From NCBI GenBank assembly GCA_964202905.1, contig CAXNJO010000003.1, positions 544,001-608,000 of the forward strand: a stretch of 64,000 bases of DNA, written 5' to 3'. Shown piece by piece: positions 30,964 through 45,429 of the stretch (within the stretch, counting starts at the first letter, position 1; each line of letters opens with the position of its first letter). A model generated the notes under the pieces. The model was not told where the DNA came from. It was given only the letters and a program-made list of their open reading frames with translations, and searched no databases. Source of the stretch: Polyangiales bacterium. Lineage in GTDB: Bacteria; Myxococcota_A; Polyangia; Polyangiales; JADJQN01. Both the position numbers and the translations under genes were made by a program.

Positions 30964-32835
30964 ATGGTCGCGGCTTCACACGTGCTGAGTGCGATCCACG
31001 TCCTGCGCTCGCTTCGTGTCCCTGCAGGGGCCCTCGCCGCGTCGCTGCTCCTCGCGGCGTGCAGCGATGCGGGGCCTGCGGCGTGGCGCGTGCGGTTCGC
31101 CGAAGGGAGCGCCCCCCGCGGGACCGTCCTCGTGCACGGCGAGGTTCGCGAAGGCGGGTGCGACGGCCGTGTGCGCTTCGCGACCGACGTGCGCAGCGGG
31201 GGGCCCGACGGGATGTCGCCGGGCGCGCTTCCCGCCGGACGGTACGGCTTCCACGCAGAGGCACGCACAGCGAATTGTGAAGTGATCGCGGAGGGTTGCG
31301 CCGAGGTGACGCTGCCCACCGACGGCGCGATCGTCGTCGTGCTCGATGGGAGCGCGCGGCGCGCAGCGTGCACGGCGGATTCTTGCCGCGACGGCGTCTG
31401 CGCCACGGCCGACATGGGCACCGACGCAGCCGCCGGCGACGCGGGGCAGGACGACGCGGGGCAGGACGACGCGGGACCGCGCGACGCCGCGGTCGATGCA
31501 GCGACCACCGATGCGGGGGAGCGCGACGCCGCGGTCGACGCCGCGACCACCGACGCGGGCCCGCCCGACACGCGCGTCGTCCGCGCGCTCGCCGCCGGCG
31601 CGCTGCACACCTGCGCCCTGATGGGTGACGGGACCGTGCAGTGCTGGGGCTACGCGGCGATGCTGGGCCGCCGCTACACCGAGTACGAGTTGGCAACCCT
31701 CACGGACGGCCTCGCAGCGATCGTCGCGGTGCCGGGTCTGCCCCCTGTGCAGGCGATCTCGGCAGGTACGTTTCACACCTGCGCGATCACCGTCGCGGAG
31801 GGTGCCGTGTGGTGTTGGGGATCGGACAACAACGAACGCCAGCTGGGAGATCCCGACCTCGGGCCCGAGACGTTCTGCACCTGCAGCGAAGCCTGCGACT
31901 GCACCGGTTCCGTCATCCGCGCGGCCATCCCACCGAGCGAGCTGCCCGCGGTGTCGATCGCAGCCGGGCGTTCTCACTCTTGCGCCATCGTGAATGATGG
32001 CTCCGTGTGGTGCTGGGGCCGCGACGATGCGCGGCTCGGTACCCGCGCCGACCCGCCGGCAGACGCCGGCGCGCCATCGGTCGGAGGCCCGGGTCGCGTC
32101 GTGGGTGTGGCGGACGCCGTCGCGGTCGCCGCGAGCGAGGATGCCACCTGCGCGGCCCTCCGCGATGGGCGTGTGCTCTGCTGGGGTCTCGCGACACATG
32201 GCCAGCTCGGCGACGGCACGACAGGAGGCGCACGCGCGGTACCCGTGCCCGCCACGCTCCCCGCCGACTTCGTCGCGATCGACATCGCCGGCGGCTCCCA
32301 ACACTTCTGCGCACGCGCAGCCGATCGACGGGCGTATTGCTGGGGAAGAACCACCGATGGGGAGGTCGGCGACGGAAGTCGCAACGCCAACGGCGCGATC
32401 TGTACGAACAGCACCGTGGAATCGACTCCCGTCTCGTGCATGTTGGCGGCCGTCGATCCCGTGCGCGCGCTCTCCGCGGGCGGCGTCGCGGGCCTCACCG
32501 CGCCATCGTGCAGCGACGGGCACACGTGCGCGCTGGTCGAGCAAGCCGCGGACGGTGGAGTGACGACGCGCCTGCGCTGCTGGGGGTCCAACCAGATCGG
32601 GCAGTGCGGCGCTCGCAGCATGCTCGTCAACGCACTTTTTGACGGCACGAACGTCCCGCTGGAGACACCGGTCCGCGCCGTGGAGGCCGGCGGACAGCAC
32701 ACGTGCGCGGTCACCGGCGAAACCTGGGACCGCGTGTGGTGCTGGGGCCGCTCGTCGACCTTCTCCTACTTGCTGACCGGACCGGCAGCGGCGATCGGCG
32801 AGCCCGTTCTCATCCCCGTCCCGGGCACGCGCTGA
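30964..32835 (+). CDS. RCC1/BLIP-II repeat lipoprotein
   Basis: LAAC lipobox; DAG linker repeats; repeated AGxxHTCA...VxCWG units. Confidence 0.9.
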   Translation: MVAASHVLSAIHVLRSLRVPAGALAASLLLAACSDAGPAAWRVRFAEGSAPRGTVLVHGEVREGGCDGRVRFATDVRSGGPDGMSPGALPAGRYGFHAEARTANCEVIAEGCAEVTLPTDGAIVVVLDGSARRAACTADSCRDGVCATADMGTDAAAGDAGQDDAGQDDAGPRDAAVDAATTDAGERDAAVDAATTDAGPPDTRVVRALAAGALHTCALMGDGTVQCWGYAAMLGRRYTEYELATLTDGLAAIVAVPGLPPVQAISAGTFHTCAITVAEGAVWCWGSDNNERQLGDPDLGPETFCTCSEACDCTGSVIRAAIPPSELPAVSIAAGRSHSCAIVNDGSVWCWGRDDARLGTRADPPADAGAPSVGGPGRVVGVADAVAVAASEDATCAALRDGRVLCWGLATHGQLGDGTTGGARAVPVPATLPADFVAIDIAGGSQHFCARAADRRAYCWGRTTDGEVGDGSRNANGAICTNSTVESTPVSCMLAAVDPVRALSAGGVAGLTAPSCSDGHTCALVEQAADGGVTTRLRCWGSNQIGQCGARSMLVNALFDGTNVPLETPVRAVEAGGQHTCAVTGETWDRVWCWGRSSTFSYLLTGPAAAIGEPVLIPVPGTR

Positions 32836-32845
32836 ACGCCCGATC

Positions 32846-32911
32846 CGGCGCATCGATGCGCCGACGCCGCACAGCCAGCCGGCTGGCTGTCACGGCCAGC
32901 CGGCTGGCTGT
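32846..32911. repeat. Cluster of palindromes between convergent genes
   Basis: CGGCGCATCGATGCGCCG (32846-32863); ACAGCCAGCCGGCTGGCTGT (32871-32890), repeated at 32892-32911 with one mismatch. Confidence 0.85.
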
Positions 32912-32971
32912 TCACCCCCACCTCGCAGGCGCCCTTCGCACGGCGCCGCGGTCTTCGTCGCAGCGGCGCGC

Positions 32972-34915
<1,944 letters not shown>

Positions 34916-34938
34916 CGTCGTGCCCTCCCGCTTCGCGC

Positions 34939-38532
<3,594 letters not shown>

Positions 38533-38564
38533 GCCGCCTCCCCCTCCGTCACGCAGCGCCGACT

Positions 38565-38586
38565 CTGGCACTGACGTCAGTGTCAG
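38565..38586. promoter_or_regulatory. Putative TetR operator palindrome
   Basis: CTGGCACTGACGTCAGTGTCAG: 22 bp, one mismatched pair, 14-bp perfect core; between the activase start and the divergent tetR. Confidence 0.7.
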
Positions 38587-38708
38587 CGGCGGAGATTACC
38601 TCTCGAGGTAGGCACGGACACCGCGGACGTGATGGCGGCGGCAGAATTTTCCGGCGCGCGCGCGCCCACGCGCGCGCGGCGCGCCGCCGCGCATGGTAGC
38701 TTCGACGC

Positions 38709-39439
38709 GTGTCGTCGCCCCGCACCGCTGCACGGCGCGCACGGTCGAGCGCGGCCGGTGCTGGCGCGCAGCCCGGCGACGACGCGTCCTCCACCGCGCC
38801 GCGCGGCGATGCCCGGCGCGCGGAGCGCCGCGTCGCGCTGCTCGCCGCCGCGCGCGACGTGTTCGCCGAGCGCGGCTACGGGGCGGCGACGGTCGACGAC
38901 GTGGTCGCTCGGGCGGGCGTCGCGCGGGGCACGTTCTACTTGTATTTCAAGGACAAACGCGATGTCTTCCGCGCGCTCGTCGACGACTTCTTCGCGCGCG
39001 TCGCGGCGAGCATCCGGCCGATCGACGTCGCACATCCGACGGAGCCGCCCGCCGCGCAGCTCCGCGCGAACCTCGCGCGCATCGTGGCGCTCGCGCTCTC
39101 GGAGCCCGCGCTGATGACGCTCGTGCTGCGCGACGCCGCGGGCCATGCGCCGGAGGTCGGAGGCGCCCTCGAGGCCTTCTACGAGGGCCTGCACGGGCTG
39201 CTCGACGAGAGCTTCGCGCTCGGACAGCGGATCGGGCTGGTGCGCGGGGGCGACCGCCGCGTGATGGTGGCGATCGGCCTCGGCGGGCTGAAGGAGCTCG
39301 TCTACGACGCCGTGCGCGGGGCGATGCCGCGGAGCGCGGACGTGCTCGTCGAGGAGATGATGCGCTTCCTCGGGGGGGCCTGCTCGCGCCGGCCCCCCCG
39401 GGAAACGATGCGCCGCTCAGCCGCCCGCGGACGCGCTGA
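38709..39439 (+). CDS. TetR/AcrR-family regulator (apparent 1-nt frameshift at G7, 39372-39378)
   Basis: LLAAARDVFAERGY...VDDVVARAGVARGTFYLYFKDK. As given it reads through to 40736; one extra G gives ...RFLGGGLLAP...RTR* ending at 39439. Confidence 0.85.
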
Positions 39440-40640
39440 CCGAGGCCGAGACCTCGATGCTCACCGAGACCGAGACGGTCGCGGGCGCGAGCGACGCCGC
39501 GGCCGAGCTGATGCACGAGGCCGCCGAGAGGCCGAGCGTGCCGACCGCGCCCGGGAGCTGACGGGCCGTGCGGCCCATCGCCTCCGCCGAGGCCGCGAGA
39601 CGGCGGAGCTTGAGTTCCGTGACGCGCACGTTCGCGAGGCCGATGCGCAGCGCCGCCTTGAGGTGGTTGACGCGCTCCTCGAGGTTCGAGGAGACGTTGC
39701 CCGTGATGGTGACGTCGACGGAGCCCGGCGTGCACTCGGCCTGCGCGTTGAGACGCGCGTCGCACGACGCCTGACACTCGGCCTCGATGCGCGGCGGCGT
39801 CACGGTTCCGGTGCAGCGCGGTGCGGTCATCTCGACCGAGCAGCCCCCGCGGCACTCACCCTGGCAGCTCGCCTGCGCCTGCACGACACACTGGCCTTGG
39901 CACGAGCCCGTGCAGCCCGCCGAGCAGGTGCCGCGGCAGGTGCCCTGGCACGCGCCGTTGCAGGAGCCGTCCGCGGCGCGCGTGCGGCAGGTGCCTTCAC
40001 AGGTGCCCTGGCAGACGCCGGTGCAGCCCGCCGAGCAGGTGCCCTCGCAGGAGCCGCTGCACGTGCCGCTCGCCTCGACCGCGCAGCTGCCGGTGCACTG
40101 CGCCGAGCACCCGCCGCGGATCTCGCCGCCCTCGCACTGGATCTGCGCGCTGCCCGGCGTGTACGAGGCGTCGCAGCCCGCGGCGCACTGGGCGTACGCG
40201 TCGACGCTCACTTCGCAGACGGGGGGCGTCGAGACGACCTGGATCTGCAGGCGCGCCGAGGCGCGCAGATCGCTCATCTCTGCGCGGAGCTTCTGGGCGA
40301 CGGCGTCGCACGCGACCTTGACTGCGGGCGTGTTGCCGCTCGCCGTCATCTGGCTCTCGGGGATGCCGAGCTCGGCGCCCATCTGGAGGCAGGTGTCCTT
40401 GAGGGACGACTCGAGCTCCGCGGCCGTGCCGGTGAAGGTCGAGGTGGCCTGCAGGAAGGCCTCGAGCTTGCCGGCCGCCGCGCTCGCGCCGAAGTCGCGG
40501 TCACAGCGCGCCTCGCCGCCACCCATGCCGCCCCCGGAGAGGCCGCCTGTACCGCCGAGCGTCCCGAACCCGCTGCCGCAGGCCGTCGCCAGGACGGCCG
40601 CCGCACACAACATCACACCCGACTTGAGTCGATTCATCAC
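39417..40640 (-). CDS. Cysteine-rich lipoprotein (CxxxC repeats)
   Basis: LATAC lipobox; 28 Cys in the central region with CxGxC periodicity; helical flanks. Confidence 0.85.
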   Translation of the reverse strand: MMNRLKSGVMLCAAAVLATACGSGFGTLGGTGGLSGGGMGGGEARCDRDFGASAAAGKLEAFLQATSTFTGTAAELESSLKDTCLQMGAELGIPESQMTASGNTPAVKVACDAVAQKLRAEMSDLRASARLQIQVVSTPPVCEVSVDAYAQCAAGCDASYTPGSAQIQCEGGEIRGGCSAQCTGSCAVEASGTCSGSCEGTCSAGCTGVCQGTCEGTCRTRAADGSCNGACQGTCRGTCSAGCTGSCQGQCVVQAQASCQGECRGGCSVEMTAPRCTGTVTPPRIEAECQASCDARLNAQAECTPGSVDVTITGNVSSNLEERVNHLKAALRIGLANVRVTELKLRRLAASAEAMGRTARQLPGAVGTLGLSAASCISSAAASLAPATVSVSVSIEVSASVSASAGG

Positions 40641-40729
40641 GCTGTCTCTCCCGATGACGTGAGGCGGCGCGCCGTCGCGGGGACGCGCAGGCGCGTCAGG
40701 CGCCGCCCCCCGGGACAGGCGCGACGCGC

Positions 40730-41179
40730 TCAGTAGTTCTGCTTTTTGGCGCTGTTCGGGCCTGTCTGCTCGCCGAGGCCTTCGACGACGCTGCCGCCCA
40801 TGTCCTCGTACTTGAACGCCTTCGAGATCCGCCAGGCCGGGCCGTTGTCGGCGCGGATCGTGATGTCGACGGGGCCCGGGGCATCCACCTGCGGCGACAC
40901 CGCGAGGAGCGTCTCCGGGTTGAGGATCGTGACGTTTCCGGCGCGCTTGCTACCGAAGTAGACCGTGTAGCCGATGTCGTTGCGGAAGTGCTGACCGAGG
41001 ATTTTGATCGGCTGATCGCCGATCGTCGCGCCGGCGCGCGGGTCGACGTTGAGGATGACCGTGTCGCCCTCGCTCGCGCCGCAGCCCGCCGTGCTGGCGG
41101 CGACGGCGCCGCCGGCGATGGCCAGCGACGCGACGAGGCCGGAGACCGATGCAGTGAGCGCGCGGTGACGGTGCGTCAT
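40730..41179 (-). CDS. IPT/TIG-domain lipoprotein
   Basis: GGAGG RBS; TAGC lipobox; VDPRAGATIG..IKILGQHF..VYFG..SP..PGPVDITI..FKY. Confidence 0.82.
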   Translation of the reverse strand: MTHRHRALTASVSGLVASLAIAGGAVAASTAGCGASEGDTVILNVDPRAGATIGDQPIKILGQHFRNDIGYTVYFGSKRAGNVTILNPETLLAVSPQVDAPGPVDITIRADNGPAWRISKAFKYEDMGGSVVEGLGEQTGPNSAKKQNY

Positions 41180-41245
41180 GGTTCCTCCAGGAGGCGACCC
41201 GGGTGGGCCGCAGGGCGCGCGTGGGCGCCCGGTCGAGCGGCGCGG

Positions 41246-41312
41246 ACGATACGTCGCGGGCGCTTCGCGGGTCAAGCCACGCTTGACACCCGGCGGCCAC
41301 GATCCGCAGACT
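41246..41312. promoter_or_regulatory. Putative back-to-back divergent sigma70 promoters
   Basis: Inverted repeat GTCAAGC-CAC-GCTTGAC (41271-41287). Plus strand TTGACA-N18-CAGACT; minus strand TTGACC-N18-TATCGT. Confidence 0.45.
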
Positions 41313-41547
41313 TCGACGGCCTGAGCGCAGGCGGCGCGCGTGCAACCGCTGACAGTGTCCGTGCGTGGACCGCTGGAATCTCCGCCCGCCGTGCCGGGTT
41401 GTGCCAGCGCTGGAGTGACCCGATATCCCGGATCCAAGGGCTTTTCGGCCGACGAGGTCGGAGGCACGAAGCCTGCACCAGGTCGGAACGAAGCCCGCGC
41501 GGGGGCACGCGGACCGGGGCGACACCGTCAGACAGGGAGACCACGGC

Positions 41548-42810
41548 ATGGCGAAGAAGGGCAAGCGCAAGAAGAGCGGCGAAGTGGGTCAGGCCGGCGT
41601 CTCCGTTCGCCCCGAGGCGGCTGCCGCCGAGAGCAGCAACGTCATCCAGTTCCCCGCGAAGGGCGCGCGGCTCGCCGGGGCGACGACGCAGATCGCGATC
41701 GGGTCCGGCACGGTCGTCGCGCACGACGCGGACGACGGCGAGTCCGAGGACGAAGGCGCACGCGCCTCGGTCCCGCCGGCCGCCGAACCGGCGGCGAAGG
41801 AGGCGGCGCTGGCCCGCGACGCAACCGACGCCCCCGCGCCACAGCGGCGCCGCCACAGCACCCCGACGCCGTCGCGCGGCCTCGCCGCCGTGCGGGCGGA
41901 TGGCACCGTCGCCTCGACGACCGGCGAGCACGCCGCGGTCAGCGACGATTTCTTCGGGGCGGAGCTCTACCCGACGCAGGACACGGGAGAGCCCGAAAAC
42001 TGGGACGACCTGAAGATCGCCGAGCCGATCTCGGCGAGCACGCGGCGCGCCATGGTCGCGACGGCCGCGATCCTCGGCGGTTTCCTGCTGCTCGGCGGCG
42101 CCTACCTCTTCGTGCAGAAGGTGGTGATGCCGCAGCCCGAGCAGTTGGGCGGCCCGCCGCCCGTCGCGACGCTCCCGACGCCCATCGCTGCGCCCGAGCC
42201 TGCCGAAGCGCCCTTCGCGGCGCCGCCGGCACCAGTGGCGCCCCCCGACCCCGCGCTGGCCGACCCCGCGCTGGCCGACCCCGCGCTGGCCGCGGCCCCC
42301 GTCGAGGGCGAGGCGATCCCCGAGGGCGTGGCGCCGCCGACGGACGACCCGACGGCGCCAACCGAGGCGCCCGCTGCAGCGCCGGCCGCCGTCGCCGCCG
42401 TCGTGCCCCCTGCCGCTGCGCCGCCTGTCGCCGCACCGGCTGTCGCCGCACCGGCTGTCGCCGCACCGGCCGCTGCAACGGGCGACGTCGCCTCGCTGCT
42501 CGAAGCCGCCAAGCAGCTCCGCGGCGCGCGCAAGCTCGCTGCCCTCAACGATCTCGCCGCGGCGAACCCGAGCAACGCCGAGGTCCTCGCGGTGCTCGGC
42601 TTCGAGTACCTCCAGCGCTCGGACAACCGCCGCGCCCTCGAGTTCGCCGCGCGCGCCGTCGCGATCGATCCGACGAGCTCGCAGGGCTGGATCACCGTGG
42701 GCTCCGCCCAGGGTGGACTCGGCAACAGAGCGGCCTCGCAGGCCGCGTACCGCAGCTGTGCCGAGCGCGGGCAGGGGCGCTTCGTCCGCGATTGTCGCGC
42801 GATGCGCTGA
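41548..42810 (+). CDS. Bitopic membrane protein with Pro/Ala linker and C-terminal TPR
   Basis: GGGAG RBS; single TM AILGGFLLLGGAYLFV; 15-bp repeats (DPALA x3, PAVAA x3); TPR-like end. Confidence 0.8.
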   Translation: MAKKGKRKKSGEVGQAGVSVRPEAAAAESSNVIQFPAKGARLAGATTQIAIGSGTVVAHDADDGESEDEGARASVPPAAEPAAKEAALARDATDAPAPQRRRHSTPTPSRGLAAVRADGTVASTTGEHAAVSDDFFGAELYPTQDTGEPENWDDLKIAEPISASTRRAMVATAAILGGFLLLGGAYLFVQKVVMPQPEQLGGPPPVATLPTPIAAPEPAEAPFAAPPAPVAPPDPALADPALADPALAAAPVEGEAIPEGVAPPTDDPTAPTEAPAAAPAAVAAVVPPAAAPPVAAPAVAAPAVAAPAAATGDVASLLEAAKQLRGARKLAALNDLAAANPSNAEVLAVLGFEYLQRSDNRRALEFAARAVAIDPTSSQGWITVGSAQGGLGNRAASQAAYRSCAERGQGRFVRDCRAMR

Positions 42811-42902
42811 AGCGCGCGGTGGAGGGAACCGCGCAGCACCGCTGACGCAGGCCGCGGAGCGCCGTTGAAGCGGGCCGCGCGGCTCCGCCATACTGCGCCG
42901 CC

Positions 42903-44138
42903 ATGACCTCCCCCCACGCCGCGCGCGGCGATCACGACGCCCTCCTCCTCGACGCCGTCCGCACGCCCATCGGCCGGCACCGAGGCGCCCTCGCCCGCGT
43001 GCGCGCGGACGACCTCGCCGCCGACCTCATCACGGCGCTGCTCGGGCGCACGGGAGGCGCGCGCGAAGCCGTGTCGGAGGTCGTCCTCGGCGCGACCAAC
43101 CAGGCGGGCGAGGACAACCGCAACGTCGCGCGCATGGCCGCGCTGCTCGCGGGGCTGCCGGACGCGGTCACCGGCGTGACCGTGAACCGGCTCTGCGCGT
43201 CGGGGCTCGAGGCCATCGTGCAGGCGGCCCGCGCCGTGCGGCTCGGCGAGGCGGATGTCCTCGTCGCGGGCGGCGTCGAGTCGATGACGCGCGCCCCTTG
43301 GTCGATGCCGAAGCCCGACGAGCCCTTCGCGCGGACGCCGCCGCCCGTCTACGACACGAGCCTCGGCTGGCGCTACCCGAACCCGCGCCTCGCGGCCCGT
43401 TTTCCCCTGATTTCCATGGGCGAGACGGCCGAGAACGTCGCAGAAACATACGGTATTTCGCGCGCGGACCAGGACGCGTTCGCCGTCGAGTCCCACCGGC
43501 GCGCGCACGCGGCCTGGGAGGCGGGGGACTTCGCGGCCGAGGTCGTGCCCGTGACGGTTCCGGCCGCCGAGAAGAAGGCCGCGCCCGCGGTCGTGTCGCG
43601 CGACGAGTGCGTCCGCGCGGACGCGAGCGTGGAGAAGCTCGCGACCCTCGCGGCGGTGTTCCGCAAGGGCGGGAGCGTCACCGCGGGCAACTCCTCGCCG
43701 CTGAACGACGGCGCGAGCGCTGTGCTCGTCGCGTCGCGCGCGTGGGCGAAGGCGCATGGCGCGCGGCCGCTCGCGCGGATCGTCGCGACCGGCGTCGCGG
43801 GCGTCGACCCGAACCTGATGGGGATCGGCCCCGTGCCGGCGACGCGGATCGCGCTCGCGCGCGCCGGGATCGGCGTCGCGGACCTCGATCTCGTCGAGCT
43901 GAACGAGGCGTTCGCCGCGCAGTCCCTCGCGTGCATCCGAGAGCTGGGCCTCGACCCGGCGAAGGTGAACGTGCAAGGCGGCGGCATCGCGCTCGGGCAC
44001 CCCATCGGCTCGAGCGGCGCGCGCATCGTCGGCACGCTCGCGCACGCGATGCGGCGGCGCGGCGCGCGCTACGGCCTCGCGACGCTGTGCGTCGGCGTCG
44101 GCCAGGGGCTCAGCGTCGTGCTCGAACGCGAAGACTGA
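42903..44138 (+). CDS. Thiolase (acetyl-CoA C-acyltransferase, PcaF/PaaJ-like)
   Basis: [45 protein letters not shown]. Confidence 0.96.
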   Translation: MTSPHAARGDHDALLLDAVRTPIGRHRGALARVRADDLAADLITALLGRTGGAREAVSEVVLGATNQAGEDNRNVARMAALLAGLPDAVTGVTVNRLCASGLEAIVQAARAVRLGEADVLVAGGVESMTRAPWSMPKPDEPFARTPPPVYDTSLGWRYPNPRLAARFPLISMGETAENVAETYGISRADQDAFAVESHRRAHAAWEAGDFAAEVVPVTVPAAEKKAAPAVVSRDECVRADASVEKLATLAAVFRKGGSVTAGNSSPLNDGASAVLVASRAWAKAHGARPLARIVATGVAGVDPNLMGIGPVPATRIALARAGIGVADLDLVELNEAFAAQSLACIRELGLDPAKVNVQGGGIALGHPIGSSGARIVGTLAHAMRRRGARYGLATLCVGVGQGLSVVLERED

Positions 44139-44210
44139 CGACGACGCGCGCTCGATTCAGCGCCGATCGCCGCGGCGCGGCGTGGTGCCTGGCGGCGACG
44201 CGCCCGCAGT

Positions 44211-44957
44211 TCAGCGCGACGCGCGGGCCGCGAGGAGCGCGTCGACGACCTCGACGACGGACGCGACCCGGGGCGCACCCGTGTAGTCCGCGTAGTGCCC
44301 GAGGGGGTCGACGAGCACCGCGCGGAGGCCCGCGCCGCGCGCGCCGTCGATGTCGACCGAGGGGAGATCGCCCACGTAAAGGGCCCGCGACGCCGCGACG
44401 CCGAGCCGCGCGAGGGCGCGCCGGAAGATCTCCGGGTCGGGCTTGCGAACGCCCTCGAGCGCCGAGTCGACGACGCAGGCGAACGCGCCCTCGAGGCCGA
44501 CGTGCGCGAAGAGCGCGTCGAGCCGACCCTCGGAGTTGGACACCACGCCGAGCCGGAGGCCCCCTGCGCGGGCCCGTGCGAGGGCCTCGGGCACACCGGG
44601 CGGCACGCGGCGCCAGAGGTTCAGCGTGTCGTGCGCGCGGCGCAGGACCGGCACGACGGCGCGCGCATCGGACTCGGCGATCCCGAGCGCGCCGAAGAGC
44701 GCGACGAAGAAGAGCGTCCACCCGTCCTCGTGCGCGCCGCCCGCTGCGAGCAGGGCCTCGTAGCGACGCTTCGCCACGGCCTCGGCGACGCGCAGCGCAA
44801 CGCCCGTGATCGCGCCACCGTCCGGCGCCCGGAGCGTGTCGCGGACGAGCGTGGCGACCGCGTCGTGATCGAGGAAGACGAGCGTGTTTCCGGCGTCGAG
44901 CAGGACCGCGTCGACGGTCGTCCATTCCGCGGCCTCGAGCGCACGCGGGGAGTTCAC
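44211..44957 (-). CDS. HAD-family hydrolase (subfamily IA)
   Basis: LLDAGNTL, VVSN, KPDPEIF, YVGD...DIDGA. Confidence 0.9.
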   Translation of the reverse strand: MNSPRALEAAEWTTVDAVLLDAGNTLVFLDHDAVATLVRDTLRAPDGGAITGVALRVAEAVAKRRYEALLAAGGAHEDGWTLFFVALFGALGIAESDARAVVPVLRRAHDTLNLWRRVPPGVPEALARARAGGLRLGVVSNSEGRLDALFAHVGLEGAFACVVDSALEGVRKPDPEIFRRALARLGVAASRALYVGDLPSVDIDGARGAGLRAVLVDPLGHYADYTGAPRVASVVEVVDALLAARASR

Positions 44958-44958
44958 C

Positions 44959-45342
44959 TCAGAGCAGGTCGAGCAGGCGCTTCGCGCGCGCCTCGGCCGC
45001 CTCGAGCAGCTCCTTCGCCTCGTCCGGCGGGACGCGCAGCCGCGCGACGAGGTCCGCGAGGATCTGCTTCTCCTGCTCCGACTGGTGCCCGTCGATGTAG
45101 GTGACGATGAGCGCGTGCTGCAGGAGGATGCGGCGGTCCTCGGCGCCGAGCTCCGTGAGCGGCACATCTTCGAGCGTGCGGGGCGTGCGCGCATACGCGC
45201 GGAGCGCGTCGGCGTCCGCGCCGTGCACGTCGAACGCCGAGAGCAGCGCCTCGATGACCTCGTGCTCTTCGCCGTCCATGCGCCCGTCGGCCCACGCGAC
45301 CGCGACGAGCGACTTGAGCATGGCTTCCTGATGTTCCTGCAT
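44959..45342 (-). CDS. TerB-family protein
   Basis: VAWADGRMDGEE and IDGHQSEQE duplicated TerB motifs; GGAGG RBS. Confidence 0.85.
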   Translation of the reverse strand: MQEHQEAMLKSLVAVAWADGRMDGEEHEVIEALLSAFDVHGADADALRAYARTPRTLEDVPLTELGAEDRRILLQHALIVTYIDGHQSEQEKQILADLVARLRVPPDEAKELLEAAEARAKRLLDLL

Positions 45343-45429
45343 GCGCGCTGCCCTCCGTGACGGCGGACGGTAGCAGAGCAGCGCGCGCCGCGGGAAGCGG
45401 CCCCCGCACGTCGGCGCGGCGGTGCCCCC

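Noticed and set aside
38709..40736. 675-aa TetR fusion protein
   Set aside because: Read-through caused by the G7 frameshift; the extension is antisense to the Cys-rich lipoprotein.
42246..42470. 15-bp coding repeats (DPALA, PAVAA); similar ones at ~13504-13540 and ~60520-60565
   Set aside because: In-frame low-complexity linker expansions, ordinary for this kind of genome.
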